DNA of 64,000 nt, from contig NC_045138.2 of assembly GCF_008831285.2 (NCBI RefSeq), positions 8,990,001 through 9,054,000 on the forward strand. The letters run 5' to 3'. Positions 52,107 to 64,000 of this stretch are shown here, in pieces. The stretch is from Nymphaea colorata (Eukaryota). Every line of letters starts with the position of its first letter. Position 1 is the first letter of the stretch. The translations under genes and the position numbers were made by a program. The notes under the pieces were generated by a model, which saw nothing but the letters and a program-made list of their open reading frames with translations, was not told where the DNA came from and made no database searches.

Positions 52107-52267
52107 CTTCTAGAAGGACTTCTTCCTCTTTCAGTTGATTTGCCAAAATGACAACTCCTTCATTATCGGCTGAAGAGAGAGAATGAGAGAATGTGGAGCC
52201 AGCGCAATAGCCAAGGCAGACCGACATGCTTCTAGAAGGTCATCAATGAATGAGGCCTTCTAGAAGG
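52107..52267. promoter_or_regulatory. Three copies of CTTCTAGAAGG (heat-shock-element-like nTTCnnGAAn cores) upstream of the F-box gene
   Basis: Exact 11-mers at 52107, 52229 and 52257; the third extends as TTC-ta-GAA-gg-TTG. Confidence 0.45.
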
Positions 52268-52674
52268 TTGCAGGCCCGAAATAATCACGAGAGGTGGAGA
52301 AGATAAGGCGGATGACGACGCTGAGACGTCCCAAACCACGTGCCCTGTTTCCTGTGCGAGGGTAACGAGCGGAGAGAGAAAGGCCGAGAAGGGTGACATC
52401 CACGTCTGATGGGTCCCCCGAAGGAGGAGAAACCAGTGGCTTCAGTGAATCGATGGCTGGTGGAGGAATCACCGGGAAGGGAATATGAAACGGTTGGCTG
52501 TTTGCTTCTGTGTCTCGCGCGCTTATCCTCTCAACCCTGGCTTTGATGTAAACCGGGGGAGAGAAGGAGAGAGAGACGGATAAGGGCAAGGACAACTTCA
52601 CTCACTTTTTTTTTTTTTCTTCCTGGTGCCTTTAAGGAAAAGCGTATCAAGTTGTCCCCTTCTGCTCCCCCGTC

Positions 52675-52681
52675 TATAAAT
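52675..52681 (+). promoter_or_regulatory. Putative TATA box of the F-box gene
   Basis: TATAAAT ~150 bp upstream of the ATG, overlapping TGACGT; no ATG between ~52705 and 52823. Confidence 0.55.
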
Positions 52682-52823
52682 GACGTCGCTGAGTTCACCA
52701 TTTTTCCCAGGTTTACCAAAAGTGTGAATATTTTAGACAAGTTCGAGCAGTTGCGGGAGCTTTGAGGAGTTGAGGAATCGACAGAGCAAGGGGTTGAGAT
52801 TTGCTCTTTTCTTTTGGGATAGG

Positions 52824-53948
52824 ATGGGAAAGCATCGGCCGATCATTCCTGATTTGCCGGACGACGTTGCGCTGGAGTGCCTGATTCGGGTGCCTCATGC
52901 CTGCCTGGCGGACATGGGAGCGGTGAGCAGGCGGTGGAGGGAGCTTGTCGACAGCCCCGATTTCTATGGGGAGAGGAAGCTCAGAGGCACCGCTGACGCC
53001 TTCGCGTGCTTGGTTCAACAGCGCGCGGTGCCGGCGGCGGGGGCCCCGGCAGAGGAGGCGGGGGCGAACCGGAAGAGCGCTGGCGGTGGCAGGGGTCCGC
53101 CGATTTACGGCATCACTCTGCTCGACCCGCGGAGAGGGAGTTGGGAGAGGCTGCAGCACCCGGACGACCACCAGGGCGGCCTCCCTCTCTTCTGCCAGTG
53201 CGTGTCCGTGGCCGGCAAGCTCGTGATACTCGGCGGTTGGGACTGCGTCACCTGGGAGGCCACCCGCCGCGTTTACATCTATGACTTCAAGACTAGGCGG
53301 TGGACGAAGGGGAAGGACATGCCTGGCCCCGCTCGTTCCTTCTTCGCGGCAGCGGCGGCGGAGAGCACGACTAGCGGCGGAAGAGGGGGCAGGGGGGGAT
53401 TAGTGTTCGTGGCGGGGGGCCACGACGAGAGCAAGAACGCATTGAGAACAGGGGCGGTGTACGACATCGGGAGGGACGAGTGGGAAGATTTCGGGGAGGC
53501 GATGGAGGAGGAGAGGGACGAGTGCGAGGGGTTGATGGTGGGGAAGGAGTTCTGGGTGGTGAGCGGCTACGGCACCGAAGGACAGGGCAGGTTCAGGGAG
53601 AGTGCCGAGGCCTTCGACACGGAGACCCGAAGGTGGAGGCGCGTTGACGGCGCGTGGCCCGGCGGGACATGCCCGAGATCCTCGTGCCTGGGAGTCGCCG
53701 GCGGGGATGGTGGCAACGATAAAGTGGTGCGCGTCGACGCCGAGGGGGGCAACGGAGCGGTGAAAATGGGGAGGTGCGTGGTGGGCATGGGAGTAAGCAG
53801 GGCGTTGGTGACAGGGTCGGCGTACGAGGGGGCGCCGGCCGTCTGCTACTTGGTGGACGTGGGGAAGCAAGGGGGAGCCTGGAAACAGGTGGAGATGCCG
53901 GCTGAGTTTTCCGGTTTCGTTCAGTCCGGCTGTTTCGTGGAGATTTGA
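52824..53948 (+). CDS. SKIP20: Kelch-repeat F-box protein, SKIP20/KMD (KFB) type, single exon, 374 aa
   Basis: F-box IIPDLPDDVALECLIRVP; kelch motifs GLPLFCQC...LVILGGWD, RSFFA, VFVAGGHDESKNAL, ERDEC, FWVVSGY; family C-terminus FSGFVQSGCFVEI; GC-rich open frame. The exact orthologue within the KMD/KFB clade is uncertain. Confidence 0.93.
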   Translation: MGKHRPIIPDLPDDVALECLIRVPHACLADMGAVSRRWRELVDSPDFYGERKLRGTADAFACLVQQRAVPAAGAPAEEAGANRKSAGGGRGPPIYGITLLDPRRGSWERLQHPDDHQGGLPLFCQCVSVAGKLVILGGWDCVTWEATRRVYIYDFKTRRWTKGKDMPGPARSFFAAAAAESTTSGGRGGRGGLVFVAGGHDESKNALRTGAVYDIGRDEWEDFGEAMEEERDECEGLMVGKEFWVVSGYGTEGQGRFRESAEAFDTETRRWRRVDGAWPGGTCPRSSCLGVAGGDGGNDKVVRVDAEGGNGAVKMGRCVVGMGVSRALVTGSAYEGAPAVCYLVDVGKQGGAWKQVEMPAEFSGFVQSGCFVEI

Positions 53949-54436
53949 AGAAGGCCTTTTCCCTTCTTTTTAATGTGAATTTTCTCAATTTTCCTTTTCT
54001 TTTCCATGGAGAGGTTCAGAATTCAGTAGATGATGTTTTTCTCTTCCTACTAGTAAGGGTTAGAACTTGATGTATACACATATATTCCGATGCCACAAGT
54101 TATCGCTTTGGTTCTGCAGCTCCAATCCTTTTTTTTGCTTTCTTCTGTAACTCTGTTTCTGCTGCTCCCTACAGAACTCCAAATGATAAGAGCACGGCTG
54201 TTAGGAAGTCCATCAGAATAAGGTTCTGTGAGCATCAAAACTAGTCTCAAGAACTTAATTGACACTAGAATTTGAATGGAATCGGCTAGAATGTTAATTA
54301 GTTGAACTGCCCATTCGGCAATGAGTTTCGAAGCGGCTGATTCAAGCTGATTTTTGTAACATTGTTATAACCCACGGTTGTAACGTTATTTTAACACTGT
54401 TGGTCGGGTTAATGGAGCAAATTCAGTTCAACTAAA

Positions 54437-54765
54437 CGCATAGATGCTGGAATTCAGACTATTATTTGATGCACTCAAGACCAAATGCACATCAAGAAGA
54501 CGCATAGATGCTGGAATTCAGAATATTATTTGATGCCCTCAGGACAAAATTCACATCAGGAAAACGCATAGAAGCTGGAACTCAGACTATCTTGTGATGC
54601 ACTCAAGGCCGTATTCACATCAAGAAAACACATAGGTGCTGGAATTCAGACTAATATTTGATGCACTCAAGACCAAATTCACATCAAGAAAACGCATTGA
54701 TGCTGGAATTCAGACTGTAATTCAAGAAAACGTATAGATGCTGGAATTCAGACTGTAATTTGATG
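54437..54765. repeat. Tandem repeat with a 63-64 bp unit, ~5 copies
   Basis: acgcatagatgctggaattcagactattatttgatgcactcaagaccaaattcacatcaagaaa at 54437, 54500, 54564, 54628 and 54691, plus a short copy at 54730. Confidence 0.9.
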
Positions 54766-56698
54766 GTATGGAAACCAAATTCAGAGACGCAGTGTTTTAT
54801 AGGTTACTCCTTTGAACTGGTGATATTACTTTGAACTGCAAACGGCGACAACGTGACATTCCATTTGACAGATGTATCTTGTCGAAGTTACATTGGTTCC
54901 ATTTGATAGATGTACCATGGGTCCATCAATATGTAGTTACCTCGACCCTGGAGGTGGAAAAGGGAAGAGGGCTTTGGCCCTTTTTTGGGCAGCTTCGACT
55001 CACAAAAAAAAATTGCAACATTTCCATCGTGAGTAGGGTTCTGTTGCCCTCTTCATTTTCGGATACACTAGAACAGAAGCCACTGTTCTGTATCAAAACC
55101 CATCCTACCTCCATATTGTAGCCATCTTGCAGACGCTAGATCCCAGCAGGCGAATGATGTCACAAGAGAAGCAGCCACTGAAAATGAAAGGAAGAGTGTA
55201 GAGTTTCTACTACAAAAGTAAGCTTCAGAATTACTCAACAGGCATGATCGAATTGTTGCTAGTTTAATTGAAACAATGTGTTCAATTGACAACGCACCAG
55301 CTCAACCTTGGCTTATTTGGTTAACCTTTATTGTTTTACGAGCTTAAGCGTCAAATTTTCCCCTGCGGGCAACAGGCCAAGGCGAAAGCCTTCGATCCTA
55401 CTTTGTACAAAATGTTACCAAAATCAGTTGGCCTGTTCAAATCAATCTGCGCAAGCCGATCCAATTTGGTGGCCGATCCAAGAGTGCCACATACAGTTTT
55501 CTAACTATTTTTAAATATTTGTAAGAGTTTTTTTATAAAAGTGTTTAATGAATTTTTATGTATTTTCTCATCTATTTTTTGAAACAATATTTTTCCCATA
55601 CAGATTCGTAATTGATGAAACTGAACCATTGAAATGGCTGGTTCATCAAACAACTGAAGTGGCATAACCAAATATGGGCTTGTGTGGGCAATTGCCCACA
55701 GACAGATCATCACTTATTTATATGTCAGTGCCTTGTAGCCATTTACTTGGTTGCAGATTGGCTGGCCTGCTCATCCCAAGTGCCAGCACAGCATATCAAA
55801 TGAAAATGCATGCAACCTCCGGAAAATCTTCGTGGGACACTCTTGCACCACAAGAGCGGCGACCGAAAGACCACATAAAACTCGAAATTGTTTGCTTCTA
55901 TACTGCCAAGAACGGCCAAGCTATACGCTTGTTTGTCCGATCCGGCGACCGGAAAATATCAGCTCGGTATGAACTATGAAGTATAAAGCATTGAGGGGGC
56001 AAGGGGATTTTCTTGTCTTTTCTCGCTGGTTGTCTTCAGAGTGCAAGCGATTGAGGATGGCTTGTGTTCACTCGTTTGGTCACGCACAAAGGAACAAATG
56101 CACATCGATCAATAATTCTGATTCTGCAAGCAAACTGTTCCGTTGCTAAGAGAAGACGACGTCAGGCAAACTGATAATGGAGAAATTGAAAGCCAAGGTC
56201 TTCACCGTTGGCGGTCTTCCTACGTGAGCGACTTTTTAAAAATCATCTTTCACCAGACGGCACAGCCCAAGGCTTTTATCCAAAAAGTTTACTTGCTCGT
56301 TTGGGCTTACGTTTGCCGGTTTCTTGAGTGGATGGTTATAGATATATACTATAACTGATTTAATGATTTATATTAGTTTTAGTATTTTTAAATAACCATG
56401 CATATGTAATTTGCTTGCTTAAGACATATCATCAACAAGAGAATCATGTTTTGAGGTTAGTAACATGAATATTAATTTTGAAAATCTTATAATATCTTAT
56501 TTAAGAAAAAAGGTTACTTTTTTTAGGTCTCTCCTAGCACACTTGTAAGGTAAACTGTAAGAGAATGAGGAAAAACTAGTACAAATAAAACCGGTCCCTT
56601 TGAAAAATCAACGACTAAGGAGAATCAATGTAAATAAGCAAATAGCTATCCCAGTAATATGTAAGCAAGTAATTTTTTATGGTCCTTTGTGAGAAATC

Positions 56699-56747
<49 letters not shown>

Positions 56748-57706
56748 TAAATGAATCTGGCTTTTCTTCTTAATTGCAGGAGTACATTTAGTAGAATAGA
56801 TTTGTAAGAAATGTATTTAAAATCGCTAAACTATTAATAAGATGAAAAAGATACGTAAACAAGAATTTCATGAGCTTTAAATTCAAAAAAGTTTCAAATC
56901 TTTCGATTCTTAGAGTTGAATTGATAAAAAAACTTCAAGTACCTCGAGAGTCAGACACATTTTTTTATTGTGATTGCATATTCTTAGAGAGCCAGAGAGA
57001 TAGAGAGAGAGAGAGAGGGAGAGGGAAGATTTGTAGATTTCTCCATCTGTATTTAGGCAGAGAAATTCTCCCGCCGTTCATGATATTGTCTGATGCATTA
57101 CATAAAACTTTCATGACATTATATATATATATATATATATATACTGCCTGTTGGTTACCCCTCTCCCAACCATTACGGAACTAGAAAGCTGACAGGTAGA
57201 ACACGATGTTGACTTAATGCAACGTATGAAGTAAATATTTAAAAAAGGCCAAAGAAAGAGAGAAAAAAAGTGTGGTCGGGAGCACGCTTTTTCGCAAGCT
57301 CCGGCGATACTTTTATAGGTAGAGAGGTTGATCAATTGAAGAAGTACAGCTTGATTAGGAAAAGAAGGCGCTGCGCATTATCACTCATCGGTACCACTTT
57401 CGTTTAATATTTCTAATTAAATTATCTATATGCACATGCATGTTCCAGTAAGCATGCATGACTAAAGGTACATAAATATTAAAGGAAGTTGTCATTGATG
57501 TGCAACGATACATACATGCAATAGCTTGTTTTATTAACTATTTATTGTAACAATTCCTTAATATATATATATATATATATATATCTTGTGCTATTAACTA
57601 TATTTGCCAGCGGTCAGGCTGACCCACGGCAGCGACGCAATTGGCGCCAAATAGGTGTGCCCTTACGCCGTCCTGCGAGGGGAATTTTTTTATACGTATA
57701 AAAAAT

Positions 57707-57782
57707 TGAACGGTGACTTTGTTTTAGAGACGTTCACATCCATATGAACGGTGACTTTGTTTTAGAGACGTTCACATCCATA
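57707..57782. repeat. Perfect 38-bp tandem duplication
   Basis: tgaacggtgactttgttttagagacgttcacatccata x2. Confidence 0.9.
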
Positions 57783-58364
57783 TGGTTAAGACAAAAACAA
57801 TGAAAGAGGGTAAAAAATATTTTCATCGTTGTTCTTACTTTTTTTATTTTAGTTCTTCACCATCAAATGAACATGAATTTCCTTAGTAAATGGCTGTTAT
57901 ATATATATATATATATATATATTAGTAACAACTAAGCTGTTAGGTCAGCAATAAAAATCAAATCATTTATTGTGATTTTTTTTTTCTTTCCTTTACCAAT
58001 ATGATCTTAAGAATATGTTGATGCAAAACATATATTAAACTGATAATATTTTGAACTTTAATATTGTTTTTATAATAAGAAAAAACTGAATGGCTTACAC
58101 GACTTCAACATTTTGATAATAGACTTCAATATTTTGATAATAGAATGTCCTTATTTTTTCAAGAAATCAACTTGAATCAAAACATATTTTATATCAAAAT
58201 AGTTTTTATAATTTATTAAGATGTTTTTATTTTATTTCAAATAATTTTTTTAGTAAAAAATTAAAAGGTTAGGTTTTTGTCCTTTCTATATATGTATAAT
58301 CTTTGCTCACTTGAAGACCTATTTAAACAGTTTGCTCGGCTCATATGGGGGCATCCACAAGGCC

Positions 58365-60139
58365 TGATAGGGTCTGCTCAAATGCGGCTACGAAATCTCT
58401 AAGATGCCGTCGAAGACCCTCTCCAAGATCTAGGAGGAGGTTGTCGTTACAAGGATTAAATGTTAAATACAAAGAGTGGTTCCCATCGGACAGTCACCCT
58501 GGCTAAAAAATAGGACAAGATAGTACAAGAATGGCTTCTCCAATCTCGGCTTGATCCTACTACAATGTCTAGAATAGGTGTCAGACTTATTACAAAGCGC
58601 AACGATACATCAAAGCACTCTCCTCACTCAACATTCATCAAACCATTCAAACCACCCTGTCATTCAATCCATAGTCGGAACAAACCACACCCTTATCCCT
58701 AGGTGGTCCACAACCCGAAAATCGTGTCCTTGGCAAGGTGCCTTGGAGGGATTCCAGCCGGTTGTTAGTGCCAATGGCGGGTTAGAAAGCAAAAAACTCC
58801 CTTTCCCCGGATCTATAGGGTGATTTGATGTTACCACCCAAGGCCACGCTTGGGGACTCCTCGAGCTTCACCAAAGGGGATAACCGGTGGCAATAGGGCT
58901 GCTCCCTTTGGTATTTTCAGCCACGTCCACCCTTCGCGGAGACAAACTCCTCCTTGGGAAAAATTAGAACAAGAGAAAATCAGGTCCTACTCGGCAAATA
59001 AGGGAGAAAAAGGAATGTGGATCTAGTCACCCGTCAGATTTCGACCCCTAGTTGATTTGTGATGTGTAGGGGGAAGCAATCGCCAATGTCGCTTGGTGGA
59101 CGTAGTTCATTCTCTTCTTCGGGCTGCAATCTCCCACGGATAGGTGTTGAAGCCCACAATTGTCTCGCTGGATCAAGATGTAAGAAGCAAAACCAGCAAG
59201 AATCAAAGTATAAAAGTGAATGAGAAATCAACTTTTAGATGAGGAAAGCCGTCACCCGTAAGACCAATTCAACCCCGGTCTTTGTAATGAGAGGGGGAGG
59301 CGATCGCCGGAGCGCCGGCGGACGTTGAGGCCATCCTCAAGTTACGCTCCTTTCCTCCGTTCACGTCTCCTCCTAAGCCATAGACCAGCCACCTCCACTT
59401 GCACGATTCGTATGGGAGAAATCGCAATCAAGTCTCAATCAAATAAGATAGGGAAGTTAAGAAGCGGATGCACTTCACCGGTTTCGCAAAAGACCCCTAG
59501 GAAGCACCAACACATGCGTGTCTTCCTTCTACTCCGGTGAAGTTGAGAGCTCCAGCGAGGAATGTTGGTCGAAGTCCGGCGGAATGTCTCTCTCCTTGCT
59601 CTCCACGGCTCCCCGGTTTCTCCAAGATTGGTTGTCCTCTTCCTCACACTAGTTAGGGCTGAGAGGCCTCCCCAAGATGGACGTGAGACTCCCTCCTAGG
59701 ATCGTGGAAGAATCTCCTTCAATCGTGCGTTGAGAATCTCCAGGGATGGCGCCAAGATCTTGCCTTAGTTGGATGATGCCCAGGTGCAATGCACCTGGCT
59801 TTCGGATTGTACTCTTTCCTATTTCGTTGGAAGGAAAATAGGAGAGGAGATTTGGGCCAAGATGTGGCGAGCTGGCCTTCTCCCCGTGTAGAGTCGAGAT
59901 CCTCGAGGGAATCTGAGCTGGCGCACCTTCCTTGTTGAGCCACGTCCAGATTAAATGAACCTAAGATAAGAGGATCTCCTTCCCAAACTAATAGGAACGG
60001 ATTTGGAAATAATCGTTCCTTCCTTGGCGCGCGCGGGACACTTGACGTCCGTTCCAAAAAGCCGGTGCGGCCTTCCTTATCCATCACTAATTTGGCAACG
60101 CAGTTGGATGACAAATGACCCGCGAGCTGCCACGTATCA
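58365..60139 (-). repeat. 3' LTR of the Gypsy element (~1775 bp)
   Basis: Collinear with 62358-64000; lacks a ~33-bp segment present at ~63500-63535. Confidence 0.88.
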
Positions 60140-60179
60140 CCCATGAAATCCACAGCTGATTCCCTTTCCAGATTTGTCC

Positions 60180-62067
60180 CACAAGATTCTTCTCAAGGTC
60201 TTCATTCATTGGATCCCAAGCACCACATCAACACCTCCAATTAGGAGAAGGTATAGGTTATCCTTGAAAAGAACCTTATGCATTTCTAAGTTGACATTTT
60301 TGCAAACTTCGTTGCAAGCTAGCTTCTCTTCATTCCCAACCATGACATTGAAAGAAGCTTGAGGAGTAGTCTTCCCCTCCACGAGATGCGCCAATTTGGA
60401 ATTGAGAAAGTTGTGGGTGGCTCCGGTATCAAGAAGAACGATCACTTTTTGGTTGTTGATCTTGCCCACAACCTTCATAGCATTAGGCATGTTATTAGTG
60501 AGGGTGTGACACAAGCTCTCTTCTTTCTCCTCGGTATCTTCTTCTACCTTGGCTACCTCAATGCCCTCGGTATCTATCTCTTCATTTTCCTCGCATTCCT
60601 CATCACTTTCCATAACCTCATACAACTGAAAATGCTTGCACTTATGACCCGCATACCACTTCTCTTCACAATTGAAGCATCACCCTTTTTTAATCATCTA
60701 CTCTCGTTCTTGACGAGAGATGTATTTGATGGGGATGTTGTTACGAAAAGCTGGCCGGTTTTCAAACTTCTTATTGGTTGGAGCCGATTTCACAAAGTTG
60801 GGTTTAGGTTTGGAGCTAAACCCCCGTTTGTAGGCTTTCTTTTTTGCCTCTCTTCGTTTGAGTTGCTCCTCAATTGTCTTTGCCAAAGCAAAACATCTCC
60901 TTAACTCGGTTGGAGGATCTCTAAGCATCTCGATTTGGATATCCTCATCAAGACCCCCTATGAAGTGGGCGATCTTGGATTCCTCTGGACGATTCTTAAC
61001 CATACTAGACAACTTCTCAAACTTGCTTTGGTAATCTTGGACTGTGGTAGTTTGTTTGAGATTCCGCAATTCAATCTCATGGTTAACATACGATGTTTCT
61101 CCAAATCGAAGTAAGAGTTCCTCCTTGAAGAGGTCCCATGTAGCATTCGGATAGTCCTCTTCCCAAAACCAATACCATTGCATAGCGTCTTCTTCTAAAT
61201 ACATCTTTGCCAATCGAATCTTGTGTTGCTCCGCAATTTCTTGGCAAATGAAGTATTGCTCAGCTTTGTAGACCCATTCTTTTGGCCTCTTCCCATTGAA
61301 TTTAGGAAAGTCCATTTTTGGCATAGGGAGTCTTGGCTCCTCATTGTTTTGGACTCTCCTTCCATGGTTGAAACCAGCATGGTGCTGGCCTCTCCCTTGA
61401 CCGTGCATCATCTCAATCTCCCTATCTAACTCCTCTTCAAATTCGCCAAAAGTCATGGATTGCATGGATCGATTCTCGTGGTGCCTCCTTGGTCCTTCAT
61501 GGTGCGGACCCAAATTTCGATAGGGCTAGTGGTGCTGCCTTCTTTGGTTTTGCCGTTGCTCTAGGAAGACTCTCTTTATCTCCTCCGGTGTAGGTCTCTC
61601 ACCCCCTCGCCTGTCCCTCTCCCCCACGTGTATAGGTGCCCCGGGTTGGTTTGTCCCATTAGTAAGTTGAGGATGGACAACTTGGCATTGAATTGGGGGG
61701 TGAATTGGTTCGTTTTGGGGAACATGAGTATGGGCTCTCGGTGGTTGTTCTACCCCTTGTCCCCTTAGGTCAGCTCTCCTAGCATCCACCGAAAAGACCT
61801 CACTCATCGCTGGGGTCATTCATACGGTAATAGGAAGAAGGTGTGAGAACGGGGTGGGTCTCTCCTTTGTTCAAAGGTGTTCAACTGGCCATCTATGCTG
61901 GCAATGGTTTGGTTTACACCGGATAGTTGGCGAAGGATGAGGTCTAGCTTTGAGTTGGTGCCCGAGGACTCCCCTCTCTCAACTATACGGGTCTCTTCCA
62001 CCACGACTTGCTCACCCTCCACCACAAGGGTTTCAGGTTCAATGGTTTTAGCCTTACGCGAAGGCAT
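60180..62067 (-). pseudogene. Gypsy gag + aspartic protease, disrupted by frameshifts and stops
   Basis: PKMDFPKFNGKRPKEWVYKAEQYF (retrotrans_gag-like); LRNLKQTTTVQDYQSKF; CFNCEEKWYAGHKC; VLLDTGATHNF; DVVLGIQ. Confidence 0.9.
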
Positions 62068-62357
62068 GGTTTCTCAACTCCAAGTAAATACGGCCTGAAG
62101 CAAAACTGTCAAAACTGAACTGAAACTACTAAAAAAACTGAAGCAAACTGAGATATAAACACTGCTGCAGCTACTAGAAAACCAAGTGTACAATCTGCCC
62201 AAAAACTGCTAGAAAACCAAGTTCGATTTTGGCCTCAAATCTGCCCTATCAACTCCCTCTTTGGCCAAAACTAGCAAGCTGATTTTCGAACGTCTCCAGT
62301 GGCCTCCAAGCAGCAAAATCCAGCAACTAGATGTCCTCCAACCACTCTGATACCAAC

Positions 62358-64000
62358 TAATAGGGTCTGCCCAAATGCGGCTACGAAATCTCTAAGATGC
62401 CGTCGAAGACCCTCTCCAAGATCTAGGAGGAGGTTGCCGTTACAAGGATTAAATGTTAAATACAAAGAGTGGTTCCCACCGGACAGTCGCCCCGGCTGAA
62501 AAATAGGACAAGATAGTACAAAAATGGCTTCCCCAATCTCGGCTTGATCCTACTACAATGTCTAGAATAGGTGTCAGACTTATTACAAAGCGCAACGATA
62601 CATCAAAGCACTCTCCTCACTCAACATTCATCAAACCATTCAAACCACCCTGTCATTCAATCCATAGTCGGAGCAAACCACACCCTTATCCCTAGGTGGT
62701 CCACAACCCAGAAATCGTGTCCTTGGCAAGGTGCCTTGGAGGGATTCCAGCCGGTTGTTAGTGCCAATGGCGGGTTAGAAAGCAAAAAACTCCCTTTCCC
62801 CGGATCTATAGGGTGATTTGATGTTACCACCCAAGGCCATGCTTGGGGACTCCTCGAGCTTCACCAAAGGGGATAACCGGTGGCAATAGGGCTGCTCCCT
62901 TTGGTATATGCAGCCACGTCCACCCTTTGCGGAGCCAAACTCCTACTTGGGCAAAATTAGAACAAGAGAAAATCAGGTCCTACTCGGCAAATAAGGGAGA
63001 GAAAGGAATGTGGATCTAGTCACCCGATCGGATTTCGACCCCTAGTTGATTTGTGATGTGTAGGAAGAAGCAATCGCCAATGTCGCTTGGTGGACGCACT
63101 TCCTTCTCTCCTTCGGGCTGCAATCTCCCACGGATAGGTGTTGAAGCCTACAATTGTCTCGCTGGAATCAAGATGTAAGAGGCAAAACCAACAAGAATCA
63201 AAGTATACAAGTGAATGAGAAATCAACTTTTAGATGAGGAAAGCCGTCACCCGTAACACCAATTCAACCCCGGTCTTTGTAATGAGAGGGGGAGGCAATC
63301 GCCGGAGCGCCGGCGGACGTTGAGGCCATCCTCAAGTTACGCTCCTATCCTCCGTTCACGTCTCCTCCTAAGCCACGGACCAGCCACCTCCACTTGCACG
63401 ATTCGTATGGGAGAAATCGCAATCAAGTTTCAATCAAATAAGATAGGGAAGTTAAGAAGCGGATGCACTTCACCGGTTTCACAAAAGACCCCTAAGAAGC
63501 AACGTAGATAGGGGGAAGCAAGTGTTGGAAGCGCCAACACACGTGTCTTCCTTCTACTCCGGTGAAGTTGAGAGCTCCAGCGAGGAATGTTGGTCTCTCT
63601 CCGGCGGAATGTCTCTCTCCTTGCTCTCCACGGCTCCTCAGTTTCTCCAAGATTGGTCATCCTCTTACTCACACGAGTTAGGGCTGAGAGGCCTCCCCAA
63701 GGTGGATGTGAGACTCCCTCCTAGGATCGTGGAAGAATTTCTTTCAATCATGCGTTGAGAATCTCCAGGGATGGCGCCAAGATCTTGCCTTAGTTGGATG
63801 ATGCCCAGGTGCATTGCACCTAGCCCTCGGATTGTACTCCTTCCTATTTCGTTGGAAGGAAAATAGGAGAGGAGATTTGGGGCAAGATGTGGCGAGCTGG
63901 CCTTCTCCCCGTGTAGAGTCGAGATCCTAGAGGGAATCTGAGCTGGCGCACCTTCCTTGTTGAGCCACGTCCAGATTCAATGAACCTAAGATGAAAGGAT
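62358..64000 (-). repeat. 5' LTR of the Gypsy element (partial)
   Basis: taatagggtctgcccaaatgcggctacg... matches 58365 onward; adjacent to the PBS. Confidence 0.88.

Larger units (their letters stand above)
58365..64000 (-). mobile_element. Ty3/Gypsy (chromovirus-like gag) LTR element lacking RT/RH/INT; 5' LTR runs off the window
   Basis: LTRs 58365-60139 (tgata...tatca) and 62358 to beyond 64000 are highly similar; PBS tggtatcagagt 62344-62355; the 2.2-kb interior has only gag and protease. Confidence 0.9.

Noticed and set aside
52770..52823. N-terminal extension of the F-box ORF
   Set aside because: Non-ATG start; the first ATG at 52824 directly precedes the F-box, as is typical for the family.
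52713..53988. Overlapping antisense and alternative-frame ORFs over the F-box gene
   Set aside because: Expected by-products of GC-rich coding sequence, with no recognisable motifs.
54437..54765. Regularly spaced repeats resembling a CRISPR array
   Set aside because: The whole unit is repeated with no unique spacers, the context is eukaryotic, and there are no cas genes.
55130..55220. AG...GT-bounded exon-like segment (similar ones near 40950 and 42865)
   Set aside because: No recognisable protein similarity or consistent gene model; cannot be supported without transcripts.
57707..57782. gttttagag resembles the start of a type II CRISPR repeat
   Set aside because: Only a 9-nt match inside a head-to-tail 38-bp duplication with no spacer.
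58578..58823. Duplicated 81-aa ORF (also 62571-62816)
   Set aside because: It is duplicated only because it lies in the two LTRs; non-ATG start and no domain.

Overview
Plant (angiosperm) nuclear DNA, dominated by nested transposable elements; the species cannot be determined from the sequence. Two host genes are recognisable: exon 1 of an acyl-activating enzyme 18/17-like gene (minus strand, 14978-15252, with the rest apparently left of the window) and an intronless Kelch-repeat F-box gene of the SKIP20/KMD/KFB type (plus strand, 52824-53948). Positions 1-12.55 kb form a three-level Ty1/Copia nest. An old decayed Copia (A) carries a solo LTR and a second Copia (B, TSD ATCAC). Element B in turn carries a very young Ale/Retrofit-like Copia (C) with an intact 1438-aa ORF, TSD GGGAG, and LTRs that look identical apart from a (GA)n length. 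Positions 17-31.5 kb form a second nest: a decayed Copia (D) interrupted by a ~5.2 kb almost non-coding LTR element and by a 6.4 kb PIF/Harbinger-type TIR element that encloses a 5'-truncated Copia (E). The remainder holds MITEs, tandem repeats, a decayed L1-type LINE, and a gag+protease-only Gypsy element with ~1.8 kb LTRs running off the right edge. I found no convincing wholly new biological system. The strongest leads are the probably active Copia, a shared predicted 3n+2 gag/protease intron in several independent Copia elements, repeated insertion at ATCAC sites around one PBS, and the cargo-carrying Harbinger element. All alignments were done by eye.
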